Shown here piece by piece: positions 63,105 to 64,000 of a stretch of 64,000 nucleotides of DNA; position 1 is the first letter of the stretch, and each line of letters begins with the position of its first letter. The notes under the pieces were generated by a model. That model ran no database searches and was not told the DNA's origin. It was given only the letters and a program-made list of their open reading frames with translations. The translations under genes and the position numbers were made by a program. Source of the stretch: an uncultured Verrucomicrobiae bacterium (GTDB taxonomy: Bacteria > Verrucomicrobiota > Verrucomicrobiia > Opitutales > JABDGR01); NCBI GenBank assembly GCA_963765205.1, contig CAVXVB010000002.1, forward strand, positions 57,364-121,363. Direction: 5' to 3'.

Positions 63105-63811
63105 GATCTTAGGTTTTTGAGGTTTTTGAGAAGTTTTGGCACCGGGACTTCGCCCGCGTCGTGTGTTTCCATTAGCTTGGCCAGCCACCAGCCCACTTTC
63201 AGACAGCTTACCCCGCTGAATCCGCCATTAATAATGGGTTTAAGAATATCGGCGGCAAATTTTTCGCCGGAGTCGTATTTGAATACCGCTGCCATGTCAT
63301 TGATGCGTTGCGCCTCATACTGGTTCAAGGGAACGTGCAGCATGGCGGCTTGGCCTCTTTTGGCGTCTCTCTCTTTCTCAATTGCCTGCTCGTTCAGTTC
63401 GTCAAACAAGCTGGCGTTGGCTTTGGTCATTTCCCGCTCCGTCATGCCTCTTTCCCTGGCTCGCTCTTCTATGTCTTTGCGCCAAGACCGGCACTCGCTG
63501 ACCGGGACATAGGCAAACGGCTCTTTTTTGATCGTTTTGTTTATGCCAAGAAAATTTGTGCGCCGTTCCGTGACGGTGAACTCGAACACGGTCAATCTGC
63601 CGCGATCCATGCGCTCATGCAATGCCGACCGGGAGACCGGGCAGTAAAGCTGAACGGCTCCCAGGCTGATGGTTGGCCCTACCGCTGCCGTTACAGTGTC
63701 AAACCAGCGGCCCGCTTCCTCTTGGGAGCCGCTTTTCTGATAAATAAGGGTCGCAGGCTTGGGGTCACCAAGGTAGCGATGAAGATCCGGCGATATTTTG
63801 ACGTAGTCCAT
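63101..63811 (-). CDS. Hypothetical protein (element 2)
   Basis: 236-aa ORF with a 4-nt overlap on the xis start. No family recognised. Confidence 0.5.
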   Translation of the reverse strand: MDYVKISPDLHRYLGDPKPATLIYQKSGSQEEAGRWFDTVTAAVGPTISLGAVQLYCPVSRSALHERMDRGRLTVFEFTVTERRTNFLGINKTIKKEPFAYVPVSECRSWRKDIEERARERGMTEREMTKANASLFDELNEQAIEKERDAKRGQAAMLHVPLNQYEAQRINDMAAVFKYDSGEKFAADILKPIINGGFSGVSCLKVGWWLAKLMETHDAGEVPVPKLLKNLKNLRS

Positions 63812-64000
63812 AAATTTGCCTTAATTTTTGTAAGGTATCATTGCCCAACTGTTTGTCAAGAAACTATTTTTGGCCCGACGCTCGGCCCGGTTGCCGGGTG
63901 GGCGCGAGCTCGCGGGGCGGCTACGTCCCACCCGGCAACCCTGCCTCGCTAAAGGCAGATATGTCCGGCGCAGACCGTCTCGTTCTGTAAAGTAGTGGGA

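Larger units (their letters stand above)
61630..64000. mobile_element. Second integrative element at the tRNA-Ser 3' end (partial; continues beyond the window)
   Basis: The integrase and Xis-like genes lie immediately downstream of the tRNA 3' end. The distal att is not in the window. Confidence 0.6.

Noticed and set aside
63889-63940. 14-bp inverted repeat (ggttgccgggtggg / cccacccggcaacc) enclosing the palindrome cgcgagctcgcg, near the window end.
   Set aside because: It is upstream of gene 63101-63811 and truncated context prevents interpretation. It could be an operator or the edge of another gene outside the window.

Overview
High-GC bacterial chromosome segment, roughly 60-65% GC by eye. 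The gene content (fused ccoNO, monoheme CcoP, DUF2911/DUF5069 proteins, bacillithiol genes, a Rieske/cytochrome b/cytochrome c operon) suggests a Verrucomicrobia/PVC-like or Bacteroidota-like host; this is inference only.

Core backbone:
- A stress-protein pair (81-1062).
- A long, translationally coupled operon (2693-10379): signal-peptide PIG-L deacetylase, small TM protein, SSS transporter, short BshC-like protein, BshB-like deacetylase, a low-GC foreign ORF, and BshA.
- A complete cbb3 oxidase cluster on the minus strand (10836-18976): ccoS-ccoNO-ccoQ-ccoP-ccoG-TauE-like-ccoI.
- ATP-grasp protein, folA-thyA, tRNA-Ala, htpG, rlmM, a TrmH-family methylase, glycogen debranching enzyme and obg.
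- A Rieske/cyt b/diheme cyt c operon (42804-45188), metF, tRNA-Gly and tRNA-Ser.

Accessory content:
1. A 6.8-kb integrative and apparently self-replicating island in tRNA-Glu (20200-27035). It has perfect 36-bp att repeats, arm-type repeats, an integrase, an Xis/AlpA-like protein, a RepA-like ATPase, an iteron field, a primase-like protein and a Nu1-like HTH protein. It has no structural or conjugation genes. This is the best candidate for a novel satellite-like system.
2. A decayed accessory patch (45200-48770) with an IS110 remnant, a HicA remnant and a frameshifted orphan Rhs-tip toxin (GHH motif) plus a putative immunity gene.
3. Two identical 882-bp IS5-family copies in inverted orientation (48770-49651 and 60425-61306), bracketing 10.8 kb.
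4. A second integrase/Xis element abutting tRNA-Ser that runs off the right edge of the window.

Several genes carry frameshifts or a nonsense codon: the cyt b/c junction, the Rhs tip, IS110, relE, and a low-complexity secreted gene. These are either real decay or assembly errors. No CRISPR array or rRNA was seen.
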